Shown here one piece after another: positions 1 through 8,893 of a stretch of 64,000 bases of DNA (position 1 is the stretch's first letter; the number at the start of each line of letters is the position of its first letter). The notes below the pieces were generated by a model. That model had not been told where the DNA came from. It ran no database searches and saw only the letters and a program-made list of their open reading frames with translations. The stretch covers positions 189,247 through 253,246 of the forward strand of contig JBBFKW010000003.1 of assembly GCA_037481835.1 (NCBI GenBank). Reading direction: 5' to 3'. Source of the stretch: Desulfosoma sp. (GTDB lineage: Bacteria > Desulfobacterota > Syntrophobacteria > Syntrophobacterales > DSM-9756). The translations under genes and the position numbers were made by a program.

Positions 1-1423
1 CTGCGCCGACTGCCAAGGGACGACCGTCGCTCTGGAAGACCCCAAAACCTGCGGCAGCTGCGGCGGCACCCGGCTGGAACAGGACAATGACGTTTTGGAC
101 ACCTGGTTCAGTTCGGCTCTGTGGCCTTTCACCACCATGGGCTGGCCGGAACAGACGCCCGAGCTTCAAAAATTCTATCCCACCTCCGTTCTGGTGACGG
201 GCTTCGACATCCTCTTTTTCTGGGTCGCCCGCATGATGATGATGGGCCTTCATTTCATGAAGGACGTGCCGTTCCGCGACGTCTACGTCCATGCCTTGGT
301 GCGGGACGCCCAGGGGCAGAAGATGAGCAAGTCCAAGGGGAACGTCATCGATCCCCTGGTCATGATGGACCGCTACGGGACCGACGCCCTGCGCTTTACG
401 CTCACCGCCTTCGCCGCCCAAGGCCGGGACATCAAGCTTTCCGAAGAGCGCATCGAAGGCTACCGCCATTTCGTGAACAAGATCTGGAACGCCTCCCGGC
501 TTGTGCTCATGAACATCGAAGGGACCGCCCTCCTGGATCGCATTCCCGATCGGCTGGAGCGCCTCGCCCACCGGTGGATCCTCAGCCGATTCCAGTCGGT
601 GCTGGACGAGGTGGAATCGGCTCTGGAAAACTACCATTTCAACCAATACGCCCAGAGTCTGTACCAGTTTTTCTGGCATGAATACTGCGACTGGTACCTG
701 GAAGTCATCAAGCCCGACCTCTACGGCGAGGACCCGCAAGCCAAAGTATTGGCCCAAACCATTGCGGCCACCGTCTTGAAAAATCTCCTCATCCTCCTGC
801 ACCCCGTCATGCCCTTTGTCACCGAGGAACTGGCCGAAAGGTTGCCCGGGTCCGGCGAAAGTCTGGTCCGAGCGGCTTTTCCCGAAAAGGAGCCGTGGCG
901 ATCGGATCCCGAAGCGGAAAAGGACATGGGCCTGCTCATGGATGTCATCACCGGCATGCGCAACATCCGCGGGGAAATGAACATCGCACCGGGGGTTCGC
1001 CTCAAAGCCGTGTGCCTATGCCGCTTGGATGCCGAAAAGGATCTTCTGGAAGCCAACCGGCAGATGCTCGTGGATCTTGCCCGGCTGGAAAGCCTCACCG
1101 TGGGGCTGCAGGGACAGATGCCCAAACCCCGGCTTGCGGCCTCGACGGTTTCCGGCGGCGTGGAAGCCTACGTCCTTCTCGAAGGCGTGTTGGACGTGGA
1201 CAGCGAGGCCAAGCGGTTGGACAAGGAGATCGGAAAACTCCAAAAGGAGCTGGAAGGGGCTCGAAAGAAACTTTCCAACGAAGACTTCCTGAAACGTGCC
1301 CCCATGGATGTGGTGGAAAAGGAACGGGAAAAGGCGGAACGGCTTGCGGAAAAACTTGCGAAACTCCGGGCCAACCGAGACCGCGTGGAAGCGCTGGTGC
1401 GCGAAGCCGCCCAAAACGCCTGA
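1..1423 (+). CDS. valS: Valine--tRNA ligase, 5'-truncated by window edge
   Basis: Frame open from base 2 (CADC..CGSC..DVLDTWFSS); GFDILFFW and KMSKS motifs; C-terminal coiled coil (KLSNEDFLKRAP). Confidence 0.97.
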   Translation, partial: CADCQGTTVALEDPKTCGSCGGTRLEQDNDVLDTWFSSALWPFTTMGWPEQTPELQKFYPTSVLVTGFDILFFWVARMMMMGLHFMKDVPFRDVYVHALVRDAQGQKMSKSKGNVIDPLVMMDRYGTDALRFTLTAFAAQGRDIKLSEERIEGYRHFVNKIWNASRLVLMNIEGTALLDRIPDRLERLAHRWILSRFQSVLDEVESALENYHFNQYAQSLYQFFWHEYCDWYLEVIKPDLYGEDPQAKVLAQTIAATVLKNLLILLHPVMPFVTEELAERLPGSGESLVRAAFPEKEPWRSDPEAEKDMGLLMDVITGMRNIRGEMNIAPGVRLKAVCLCRLDAEKDLLEANRQMLVDLARLESLTVGLQGQMPKPRLAASTVSGGVEAYVLLEGVLDVDSEAKRLDKEIGKLQKELEGARKKLSNEDFLKRAPMDVVEKEREKAERLAEKLAKLRANRDRVEALVREAAQNA

Positions 1424-1485
1424 GCCCCCGCCACAGGGCGGACCATCGGCCCCACAGACGCCGGGCCCGGATGACGAGGACTTCC

Positions 1486-2037
1486 ATGCGACGCGTGCCC
1501 ACGGAAATCGCCGACGTGATCCTTTTCGAACCGAAGGTTTTCTCCGACGACCGCGGGTTTTTTTTCGAAAGCTACAACCGAAAGACTTTCAGCGAGTTGG
1601 GCCTTGCCGTGGATTTCGTCCAAGACAACCATTCCCGGTCGCGCCGAGGGGTGTTGCGCGGGCTGCACTACCAGCTGGCCCCTCGGGCTCAGGGAAAACT
1701 CGTCCGCGTGGTCTTGGGCGAAATTTTCGACGTGGCCGTGGATCTTCGACGATCGTCGCCCTCCTTCGGCCGGTGGGTGGGCGTTTATCTTTCGGCGGAA
1801 AACAAAAAGCAGCTCTACGTCCCCGAAGGCTTTGCCCACGGTTTTCTTGCGCTTTCACCCTGGGCGGAGGTCTGTTACAAAACGACGGATTATTATTCGC
1901 CCGAGCACGAACGGTGCCTCCTGTGGAACGATCCCACCCTGAACATCACCTGGCCTTTGGCCGACGGGGAAACACCGGTGCTGTCCCCCAAAGACGCGCA
2001 GGGGGTCGTATTAACCCAGGCGGATCTTTTCGCGTGA
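1486..2037 (+). CDS. rfbC: dTDP-4-dehydrorhamnose 3,5-epimerase
   Basis: DDRGFFFESY, QDNHSRS, VLRGLHYQ, GFAHGF motifs; ATG 1486 after GAGGA RBS. Confidence 0.95.
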   Translation: MRRVPTEIADVILFEPKVFSDDRGFFFESYNRKTFSELGLAVDFVQDNHSRSRRGVLRGLHYQLAPRAQGKLVRVVLGEIFDVAVDLRRSSPSFGRWVGVYLSAENKKQLYVPEGFAHGFLALSPWAEVCYKTTDYYSPEHERCLLWNDPTLNITWPLADGETPVLSPKDAQGVVLTQADLFA

Positions 2038-2092
2038 GGGCATAACTGGTGACAACGGGCCGGCAGGGCTTTCGGGGTTTGGGAAAAGAGCG

Positions 2093-2962
2093 ATGAAAAC
2101 CGTTGTGGTGACCGGCATCTTGGGCCAGCTGGGATGGGAAATGGAACGCTTCGCGCCTCCGTGGGCGCGCCTTGTGGGGGCGGACCTTCCCGATACGGAC
2201 ATTGCCCGGCCCGACCATGTGGAACGGCTCTTTTCGAAAAACCGGCCGGACGTGCTCGTCAACGCCGCCGCCTACACCGCCGTGGACCGTGCGGAACAGG
2301 AACCCCATGCGGCTTACCGGATCAATCGGGACGCCGTGCGGCTGCTCGCCCAAACGTGCGCCCGGTTCGGGACCCACCTCGTGCATCTTTCCACCGATTT
2401 CGTCTTCGACGGCACCTTGTCCCGCCCTTACCGGCCGGACGATGCGCCGAACCCCATCGGCGTCTATGGTGCCAGCAAGAGGGCGGGGGAAGAGGCGGTT
2501 TTGGAAATCCTGGGAGACAAAGGGACCATTGTCCGAACCGCCTGGCTCTATTCGAGCCATGGGGCCAACTTCGTCAAAACCATGCTGCGACTCTACCAAG
2601 AGCGCGATGAAGTGCGGGTGGTATCCGACCAGGTGGGGACCCCGACGTGGGCGGCCAATCTGGCGGATTTTCTCTGGGATCTCGTGGGACGGGAAACCGT
2701 GCCGGCGGGGATCTTTCATTTCACCGACGCCGGCGTGGCGTCCTGGTACGATTTCGCCGTGGCCGTGGAAGAAGAGACTCGGCATCGCCGCACGCAACCC
2801 GTGATCATCCGTCCCATCCGCACGGAAGAATATCCAACGCCGGCCCGGCGCCCGCCATACAGCGTCTTGGACAAGCACTCCGCCTGGGCCCTGTGGGGCC
2901 GCCGCCCCGACCATTGGCGGGATGCCCTGCGCCGCATGCTCCGGGAATTGGAAAAAACGTAA
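2093..2962 (+). CDS. rfbD: dTDP-4-dehydrorhamnose reductase
   Basis: GxxGQLG, NAAAYTAVD, STDFVFDG, YGASK, DQVGTPT motifs. Confidence 0.95.
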   Translation: MKTVVVTGILGQLGWEMERFAPPWARLVGADLPDTDIARPDHVERLFSKNRPDVLVNAAAYTAVDRAEQEPHAAYRINRDAVRLLAQTCARFGTHLVHLSTDFVFDGTLSRPYRPDDAPNPIGVYGASKRAGEEAVLEILGDKGTIVRTAWLYSSHGANFVKTMLRLYQERDEVRVVSDQVGTPTWAANLADFLWDLVGRETVPAGIFHFTDAGVASWYDFAVAVEEETRHRRTQPVIIRPIRTEEYPTPARRPPYSVLDKHSAWALWGRRPDHWRDALRRMLRELEKT

Positions 2963-3037
2963 AAGACGCCTCCGGTTGCGGGCCCCCGAGAGTCAAAGAG
3001 ATCATCCCGATCGACCTGCGAGCGTATTCCCGATTTT

Positions 3038-3195
3038 TGTTGGGGTTCGCTGCGCTCACCCCAACCGACACTCGCTGGCCGACATCCTTGAGAAAAGTCG
3101 TAGGTTGGGGTTCGCTGCGCTCACCCCAACCTACACTCGCCGGCCGGCATCCTTGAGAAAAGTCGTAGGTTGGGGTGAGCAAAGCGAACCCCAAC
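3038..3195. repeat. Cluster of three REP-like palindromes (consensus GTAGGTTGGGGTGAGCGCAGCGAACCCCAACA) with a 65-bp duplicated unit
   Basis: Copies at 3038-3069, 3100-3134 and 3165-3195; near-identical spacers ACTCGC..CATCCTTGAGAAAAGTC; lies between convergent rfbD and pabC. Confidence 0.9.
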
Positions 3196-3291
3196 TCAGA
3201 TCTGGATCCGGCGAGACAACGAACCATGTAAGTCCTGCCCTTCCAGGTTCCGAGCGCGACGTGCACACAAACCCCCCATCGCGCAGGGCGA

Positions 3292-3341
3292 GACAACGAA
3301 GCACGAAAGTCTTCCGGTTACGGTGTGTTGCAGAGACTGTC
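3292..3341 (+). repeat. Second interspersed ~50-bp hairpin repeat, copy 1
   Basis: 42/50 identical by manual alignment to 46420-46469. Confidence 0.8.
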
Positions 3342-3344
3342 CTA

Positions 3345-4262
3345 TCAAGCCGAAGGGAGCGGTTCGGCGCCCCGTTGGAAGAAAAGATCCCGATACCGGG
3401 CGGCTCGAACGTCGAACAACCGAGGCAGGGTTTTGCCGTCGATGGAGCGGACGGGCATGATTCCGACGAGGGCGTTGGTGATCCACACGGCGGAAAAGGC
3501 CCCCAGCCGCTCTTCCGTAATCTCGGCTTCGTCGACCGTCCAGCCGTCCTCGCGGAAGAGCTCCACGACGCGCCTCTCGGCGGTCCCTCTCAGCCGGTGA
3601 GGGCTTGCGGAAACCGTGCACCGCCCTTCTTGGAGAAACAGCAAAGATCCCGTCGCCGTTTCGGCGGCATGGCCGAAGGAATCGTAGAGCAGCGCTTCGT
3701 CGAAGCCCGCATCGGCGGCATCCTGTCGGGCCCACAGGTAAAAGAGGTAGTTCAGCGTTTTCATGGCGGCAAGAGGCGGCGTGCACCCGTTTCGAAACGT
3801 GCGAAGGGTCCACCCCCGGCCGTAGGCTTCCGGAGACGGCGGAGTGTAAGGGTCCGCCAAAACGCACACCGTTGGAATCCGTGGCGAAGGAAGCCCAACC
3901 CCGGGAGCCTCACCTCGACTGAGGACGATCTTGACGCGGGCGGGCCCCCTTTCAAGGCCGTTGGCGTGGAGGAGCTGCGAAATGCGCCGGGACCATACGG
4001 TCGGCGCGTTGAGATCGAAAACCGGTGGGCCTGCGTCGGCGGGCGGCACCAGCCGTAGGCGGCCGGCGCCTTCCAGGAGGCGTTCCAGGTGATCGGCCAC
4101 GTAAAGAACTCGGCCGTCATCGGCCCGAAGGGTTTCAAACAGGCCGTCTCCAAAGAGAAAACCCCGGTCGAATGGAGACACCCGCACCGCCTCTTCCGGA
4201 ACAAGGTTCCCGTTCCACCACACGAAGCGTTTCCTCTGCGTCGTCGGCTCGGCACTCGTCAT
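3345..4262 (-). CDS. pabC: Class IV PLP aminotransferase, probable aminodeoxychorismate lyase
   Basis: DRGFLFGDGLFETLR, KTLNY, FDEALL, LRGT motifs; start overlaps the pabB stop. Confidence 0.8.
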   Translation of the reverse strand: MTSAEPTTQRKRFVWWNGNLVPEEAVRVSPFDRGFLFGDGLFETLRADDGRVLYVADHLERLLEGAGRLRLVPPADAGPPVFDLNAPTVWSRRISQLLHANGLERGPARVKIVLSRGEAPGVGLPSPRIPTVCVLADPYTPPSPEAYGRGWTLRTFRNGCTPPLAAMKTLNYLFYLWARQDAADAGFDEALLYDSFGHAAETATGSLLFLQEGRCTVSASPHRLRGTAERRVVELFREDGWTVDEAEITEERLGAFSAVWITNALVGIMPVRSIDGKTLPRLFDVRAARYRDLFFQRGAEPLPSA

Positions 4263-5683
4263 GGGGATGAGGCCTCATCTTCAGCCATAACGCGAAAGAG
4301 CGTTCGGCCCTTGTGGAGCGTTTCTTCGTATTCGGCCGCTTCGTCCGAGTCGTACACGACGCCGCCTCCCACAGAAAAATGCAGCCGTCCGTCCTTGAGG
4401 ACAGCCGTGCGGATGGCGATGTTCATGTCCATGTTCCCGTGCCAGCCCACGTACCCGATGGATCCCGTATAGACGTGACGGACGTGCCGTTCCAGCTCAT
4501 CGATGATTTCCATGGCCCGAATTTTGGGGCATCCCGTAATGGAACCGCCCGGAAAGGTCGCCTTGAAAATGTCCCCGGCGGACACCTCCGGGCGCAGCTT
4601 TCCGGAAATCACGGACACCAGATGCCAGACGTTCTCATAGGCTTCAAGCCGCTTGTGCTCTTCAACCACAATGGAGCGCGGCTCGCACACACGGCCCAGG
4701 TCGTTGCGCAAAAGGTCCACGATCATGGAAAGTTCGGCATCGTCCTTGGGATTGGCCCTTAAGTCCTCCTTGAAGCGCAGGTCCTCTTCGGGTGTGGCGC
4801 CTCGGGGACGGGTGCCCTTGATGGGCCGCGTCTCGATGCGTTCCCCTCGGCGGCACAGGAATCGTTCCATGGACGTACACAGAATGCGATGATCGCCCAG
4901 GTGAAGGTAGGCATAGAAAGGGGCGGGGTTTCGCCGAAAGAGGCGCGTCCACAATCGCCACGGATCGCCGAGAAAGGGAGTGGAAAACCGCTGGGAAAGA
5001 TTCACTTGGTAGACGTCCCCGTTTCGGATGTAGCGGCGGATTCGCGCCACCGCATCGATGTATGCCTCACGCGAAAAGTCGCTCACGAGCCGGGCGGCCC
5101 TCGGCGGGGAAGGGTCCTCCCGGTGGGTGTCTCCGTGCGGGGCGAAAGCCAAGGGCTTCAATCGATCCGTTTCCAGAGCCAGGTGAACGGTCCGACCGGT
5201 TTGGCGGTCGAAAACCAAGAAATTTCCCGGAAGAAAGAACAGGCAGTCCGGCACATCCAGATCGTCTTCGGTGGTTTGGGGGAGTTCTTCCAGCACGTTT
5301 TTCAATTCATAGGCGAGGTAGCCGACGAGGCCGCCTGAGAAAGGTTTCGCCATGAGGGGAAAGGTCGGGCGGGTGGCTTCCACGAGGCTGTCCAGGGCGT
5401 CCAAGGGATGGCAACGGGAAGCCCAGAAGCCTTCGGCCGTGGAAAGCGTCAGTTGATGGCCTTTGGCGCGAAAGACGACGAGCGGGTTCCAAAAGGCCAT
5501 GGAATAACGAGCGCAATCCAGGGCTCCCCCGCTGAGAAAGACCGCGCTATAGGGTCGTTCCGCCACGGGAGCCACCCTTCCCAGGAACGAATCATCGGTT
5601 TCCCGGGACCACACGTCCCGCGCCTGCACGCCCCGAACCGCTCCTCGAACCAGCTCCCGGATTTCCATCACCCCGATTCCCAT
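4259..5683 (-). CDS. pabB: Aminodeoxychorismate synthase component I
   Basis: GDVYQVNLSQR, TRPIKGTRPR, AELSMIVDLLRNDLG, FPGGSITGCPKIRAM, NIAIRT; start chosen by AGGAGG RBS (alternatives at 5713 and 5731). Confidence 0.9.
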   Translation of the reverse strand: MGIGVMEIRELVRGAVRGVQARDVWSRETDDSFLGRVAPVAERPYSAVFLSGGALDCARYSMAFWNPLVVFRAKGHQLTLSTAEGFWASRCHPLDALDSLVEATRPTFPLMAKPFSGGLVGYLAYELKNVLEELPQTTEDDLDVPDCLFFLPGNFLVFDRQTGRTVHLALETDRLKPLAFAPHGDTHREDPSPPRAARLVSDFSREAYIDAVARIRRYIRNGDVYQVNLSQRFSTPFLGDPWRLWTRLFRRNPAPFYAYLHLGDHRILCTSMERFLCRRGERIETRPIKGTRPRGATPEEDLRFKEDLRANPKDDAELSMIVDLLRNDLGRVCEPRSIVVEEHKRLEAYENVWHLVSVISGKLRPEVSAGDIFKATFPGGSITGCPKIRAMEIIDELERHVRHVYTGSIGYVGWHGNMDMNIAIRTAVLKDGRLHFSVGGGVVYDSDEAAEYEETLHKGRTLFRVMAEDEASSP

Positions 5684-5751
5684 GCCTCCTTCCGCACCGA
5701 CACCGTCCCCCATGCTCCCCCTTCCGCGCACACCGTGTCCCCACCGGCGAC

Positions 5752-6474
5752 TTATCTGGAAGTGGAGGTCAAGCTCTCAGAGAGACTTTGAGGTTCATCC
5801 TTCTTGACTGAAACCAAAGGGAATCCTCCTTCCTGTCCCTTCTGAGCTTTCTTCCAGCGGGGAAAGCGGCTTTCCCCCTCTTTTTGCGAAGGAACGGCCT
5901 TCTGAAAATCCTTTCGGGATGCCAAAAAACGCGCGGCGATTTCCAAGCCGTACTGGGATAGGAAGGATTCGGGGTGGAACTGAACCCCCCACACGGGAAG
6001 GCTCTTATGTTCCAAGGCCATGAGCACGCCGTCGTCGGCCCAGGCCGTCTCCCGAAGATCGGGCGACGTGACTCGGCACTGCAGGGAATGATAGCGCGCA
6101 ACACGAAAAGGCGATGGAAGCCCGGAAAAGAGCCCCTCGCCCCTATGATGGACCAAAGAGGTTTTGCCGTGCACCGGCACAGGGGCCCGTTCCGTGCAGC
6201 CGCCGTAGACTTCGTTGATCACCTGCATGCCCAAACACACGCCCAAGATGGGCACTGCGCCGGCATAACGGCGGACCACGTCCTTGCTGATTCCCGAGTG
6301 GGCCGGAGACTTGGGCCCCGGACTGATGACGATCCAGTGGGGCTCCAGGGTCGATACGGCCTCCGCGGAAATCTTGTCGTGCCGAAACACCAGCACGTCC
6401 AGGTCGAATTCGCAAAAAAGCTGGTAGAGGTTGAACGTGAAGGAGTCGTAGTTGTCGATCAGCACAAGGCGCAT
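5752..6474 (-). CDS. pabA: Aminodeoxychorismate/anthranilate synthase component II (glutamine amidotransferase)
   Basis: LIDNYDSFTFNL, ISPGP, GVCLGMQ, RYHSL, QFHPES. Confidence 0.92.
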   Translation of the reverse strand: MRLVLIDNYDSFTFNLYQLFCEFDLDVLVFRHDKISAEAVSTLEPHWIVISPGPKSPAHSGISKDVVRRYAGAVPILGVCLGMQVINEVYGGCTERAPVPVHGKTSLVHHRGEGLFSGLPSPFRVARYHSLQCRVTSPDLRETAWADDGVLMALEHKSLPVWGVQFHPESFLSQYGLEIAARFLASRKDFQKAVPSQKEGESRFPRWKKAQKGQEGGFPLVSVKKDEPQSLSESLTSTSR

Positions 6475-6485
6475 CGCCGTTCCCC

Positions 6486-6524
6486 AAAAAGAAAAGCCAC
6501 CCCGCCCTGAGGCTGGGTGGCTTT
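6486..6524 (-). terminator. Intrinsic-terminator-like hairpin immediately upstream of the pabA start
   Basis: AAAGCCACCC/GGGTGGCTTT 10-bp stem followed on the minus strand by TCTTTTT. Confidence 0.65.
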
Positions 6525-6545
6525 CGCCTGGCATACCTCGCGCCT

Positions 6546-6574
6546 TTTATGCCTTTTTCGGGCCGTCCCGTCAA
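6546..6574 (-). promoter_or_regulatory. Putative sigma70 promoter of the pab operon
   Basis: Minus strand TTGACG-17 nt-CATAAA. Confidence 0.5.
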
Positions 6575-6623
6575 TGGGGATGGTAGCGTTTCGCACGGTG
6601 AATCTATGCTGCGGCCGTTCGTG

Positions 6624-6775
6624 AATGAGGATCGAAGGAGAATCCGAACCGCCTACGGCCCCGAAAACATGACTGGGCTCAGAAGATTCGCCATCGGGCC
6701 TGCTCACATCAAAAGGGGTATCCAATGGTGCCTTAAAAAATGCGCAGGCTCGCGTTCAAGGTCCGTTCGGTTGTT
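6624..6775 (+). pseudogene. Frameshifted C-terminal remnant of an ISAs1-family transposase
   Basis: Reads NEDRRRIRTAYGPENMTGLRRFAIG, then after a frameshift LLTSKGVSN, then after a second shift MRRLAFKVR; resembles the ISAs1 C-terminal EDRSRIR.G.GPEN...LRRFAI motif (recognised from memory). Confidence 0.6.
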
Positions 6776-6979
6776 GCGCCTCGTGGGGATGCCGCGTGAC
6801 GGAATCCCGCGGCCCTTCGGGGCTTTTTGGGAAATAAGGAGGCGGCCGGCGACCCGGGGCGATGCCCCGAGCTATCTTGCTGTGCCCCCATTCCGGGGCG
6901 ATGGGGGATGACCGCCCCGGCCGCTGCCTCCATGGCCCCAAAGGGGCGTTAAACACCCCCGTAACGTTTCGGCACCCCG

Positions 6980-7963
6980 TCATGGGAAAGCCTGGACGAG
7001 GCAGTCCATGCGGTCTCCCGTGCGAAGGAGTTCCACCCTTTGGAAACCGGCTTCCAAGAGGGCCGCTTTGGTTTCTTCAAACGTGTAGGTGTCGCCGCCT
7101 TCCGTGTTCACGAGCATGTTGATGGCGAAAAGCGCGCCCGCAGCGGGCCGCGTCCGGTCGGGTTCCATGATGTGGTCCCGGATGAGGAGGCATCCTCCGG
7201 GTTCCAGAACCTCCCGGATTTTGCGATACAGGGCCACGTTTTCTTCCGGGCTGTTTTGGTGGATGATGGCCGAAAGGAGCGCCAGGTCGCACCCGGAAGG
7301 CAGCGGGTCTGAATAAAAATCGCCGGCAACGAGGCGCACGCGGGAAAGAAGCCCATGCGCGCCGAGGCGTTTCCGGGCCATGGGAAGCACATCGGGAAGA
7401 TCGAACAGCACGGCCTCAAGAGACGGCTTCCTTTGGAGAAAGGCGATGGTGTAGGTCCCAGAGGCCCCGCCGATGTCCAAAAGTCGCTTGTACGGTGATA
7501 GATCTACGGAAGCGGCGATCTCCCGCGCGAGCTTCCGCCCCACCACGTGCATGGCGCCGATGAAGGCTTCCAGGGCATCGGATCCCGAGTGCACGATGGA
7601 CCGGCGGTGGGGATTGCGCCCCGAGCGCACCGTGTCCGTCAGGTGATGCCAGTTGTGCCAGATGTGAGCCATGTACAGCACCATGGGAAGGACGGATTCG
7701 GGATGCTTGGCGGAAAAAGGAGCGCCTTTTTCCGTCAGCCGATAGATGCCCGCCGTCTTTTCCACATGGCCAAAGGTGACCAAACAGTCCAAAAGGCGCG
7801 TGAGGGCCCGAAGGTCGCACCCCGTTTTTCGGGCCAAGGCCTCGGCCGACGACGGGGCGTCGTCCAAAAGGGTAAAGACGTCCAACTGGGCGGCACTCAG
7901 AAGGATGCGGCTCTTCATGAAGCCGCGCACGTCCTCCAGCGGATCCTCGTGCTGAAACGCCAT
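6980..7963 (-). CDS. SAM-dependent O-methyltransferase with N-terminal dimerisation domain
   Basis: LLDIGGASG motif I, FDLPDV, VAGDFY, LSAIIH; N-terminal winged-helix-like segment. Confidence 0.9.
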   Translation of the reverse strand: MAFQHEDPLEDVRGFMKSRILLSAAQLDVFTLLDDAPSSAEALARKTGCDLRALTRLLDCLVTFGHVEKTAGIYRLTEKGAPFSAKHPESVLPMVLYMAHIWHNWHHLTDTVRSGRNPHRRSIVHSGSDALEAFIGAMHVVGRKLAREIAASVDLSPYKRLLDIGGASGTYTIAFLQRKPSLEAVLFDLPDVLPMARKRLGAHGLLSRVRLVAGDFYSDPLPSGCDLALLSAIIHQNSPEENVALYRKIREVLEPGGCLLIRDHIMEPDRTRPAAGALFAINMLVNTEGGDTYTFEETKAALLEAGFQRVELLRTGDRMDCLVQAFP

Positions 7964-8199
7964 GGGAACCCTCCCGGTGAATGTCGTTCAAAAATGCACA
8001 AAATAACCTGAATGCCTTGACCAGGCCGGCGGAGGCCGTTACATTTCGGCCCATCGGAACCGGAAAGGGGACGGCCGGCGGGCACGAAAGTAACAGGATT
8101 TCGTGGGTGCTGTCAATCATTCAAAACCGCGCACGGAACCGCGAAGGCACACGGACGAGGCGACAAGCACGGGAAGGCGAAAACGGCGGGAGATGGGGC

Positions 8200-8859
8200 A
8201 TGCAGGCTTGGTATGCGTTTTTGACAGGACCGGCGTTGTGGGTCACTTTCACCATTTTCCTTGGCGGCCTGGGCATCCGCCTGGCGTTCCTCTACGGGCT
8301 CAGCCGCGAACGGGACCGGGTCTTTTACAACCACATGGACTGGAAATGGGGCCTCAAGTCCATCTTCCATTGGCTCATCCCCTGGGGCAGCGCCTCCATG
8401 CGTTTGCAGCCCGTCTTCAGTTTCGTGTTTATCGTGTTTCATGTGGGCGTGTTGGCCGTACCCCTTTTCCTTTCGGCGCACAACATCTTGTGGGATCGGG
8501 CTTTCGGGGTGAGCCTGTGGTCCATGAGCGACGCTTGGGCGGACGGTCTGACGATGGCGGTTTTGGCCTGCGGGGTTTTTCTTTTCGTGCGCCGCCTGGT
8601 GCGCCCCGAAGTTCGGATCCTCACCACGGCCTGGGACTACACCCTCCTGGGGCTCACCCTCGCCCCCTTTGTCACAGGCTTTCTCGCCTACCACCAGTGG
8701 GGCCCTTACGAATGGCTCATGGTGCTTCACGTCCTTTCGGCGGAAATTCTCCTCATCCTGATCCCCTTCACCAAGCTGGGGCACATGGTGCTCTTTTTCT
8801 TCACCCGAGCCTTCATCGGGTTTGAAATGGGCGGGCGCCGGGGCGCTCGAGCCTGGTAG
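8200..8859 (+). CDS. tmcC: TmcC/NarI-like membrane cytochrome b subunit
   Basis: About five hydrophobic helices; His residues in FHVG..SAHN and LHVLSAE..PFTKLGH; directly upstream of a TmcB-like gene. Confidence 0.75.
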   Translation: MQAWYAFLTGPALWVTFTIFLGGLGIRLAFLYGLSRERDRVFYNHMDWKWGLKSIFHWLIPWGSASMRLQPVFSFVFIVFHVGVLAVPLFLSAHNILWDRAFGVSLWSMSDAWADGLTMAVLACGVFLFVRRLVRPEVRILTTAWDYTLLGLTLAPFVTGFLAYHQWGPYEWLMVLHVLSAEILLILIPFTKLGHMVLFFFTRAFIGFEMGGRRGARAW

Positions 8860-8893
8860 AAGGGCCGTGGCGACGATGGAAGTCGAACCTTGA

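Noticed and set aside
3038..3195. Mini-CRISPR (65-bp period)
   Set aside because: The two spacers are near-identical and the repeats switch orientation.
6486..6600. THF or ZTP riboswitch upstream of the folate-precursor genes
   Set aside because: Only about 15 nt lie between the predicted TSS and the hairpin, and I recognised no aptamer consensus. An Rfam scan would settle it.
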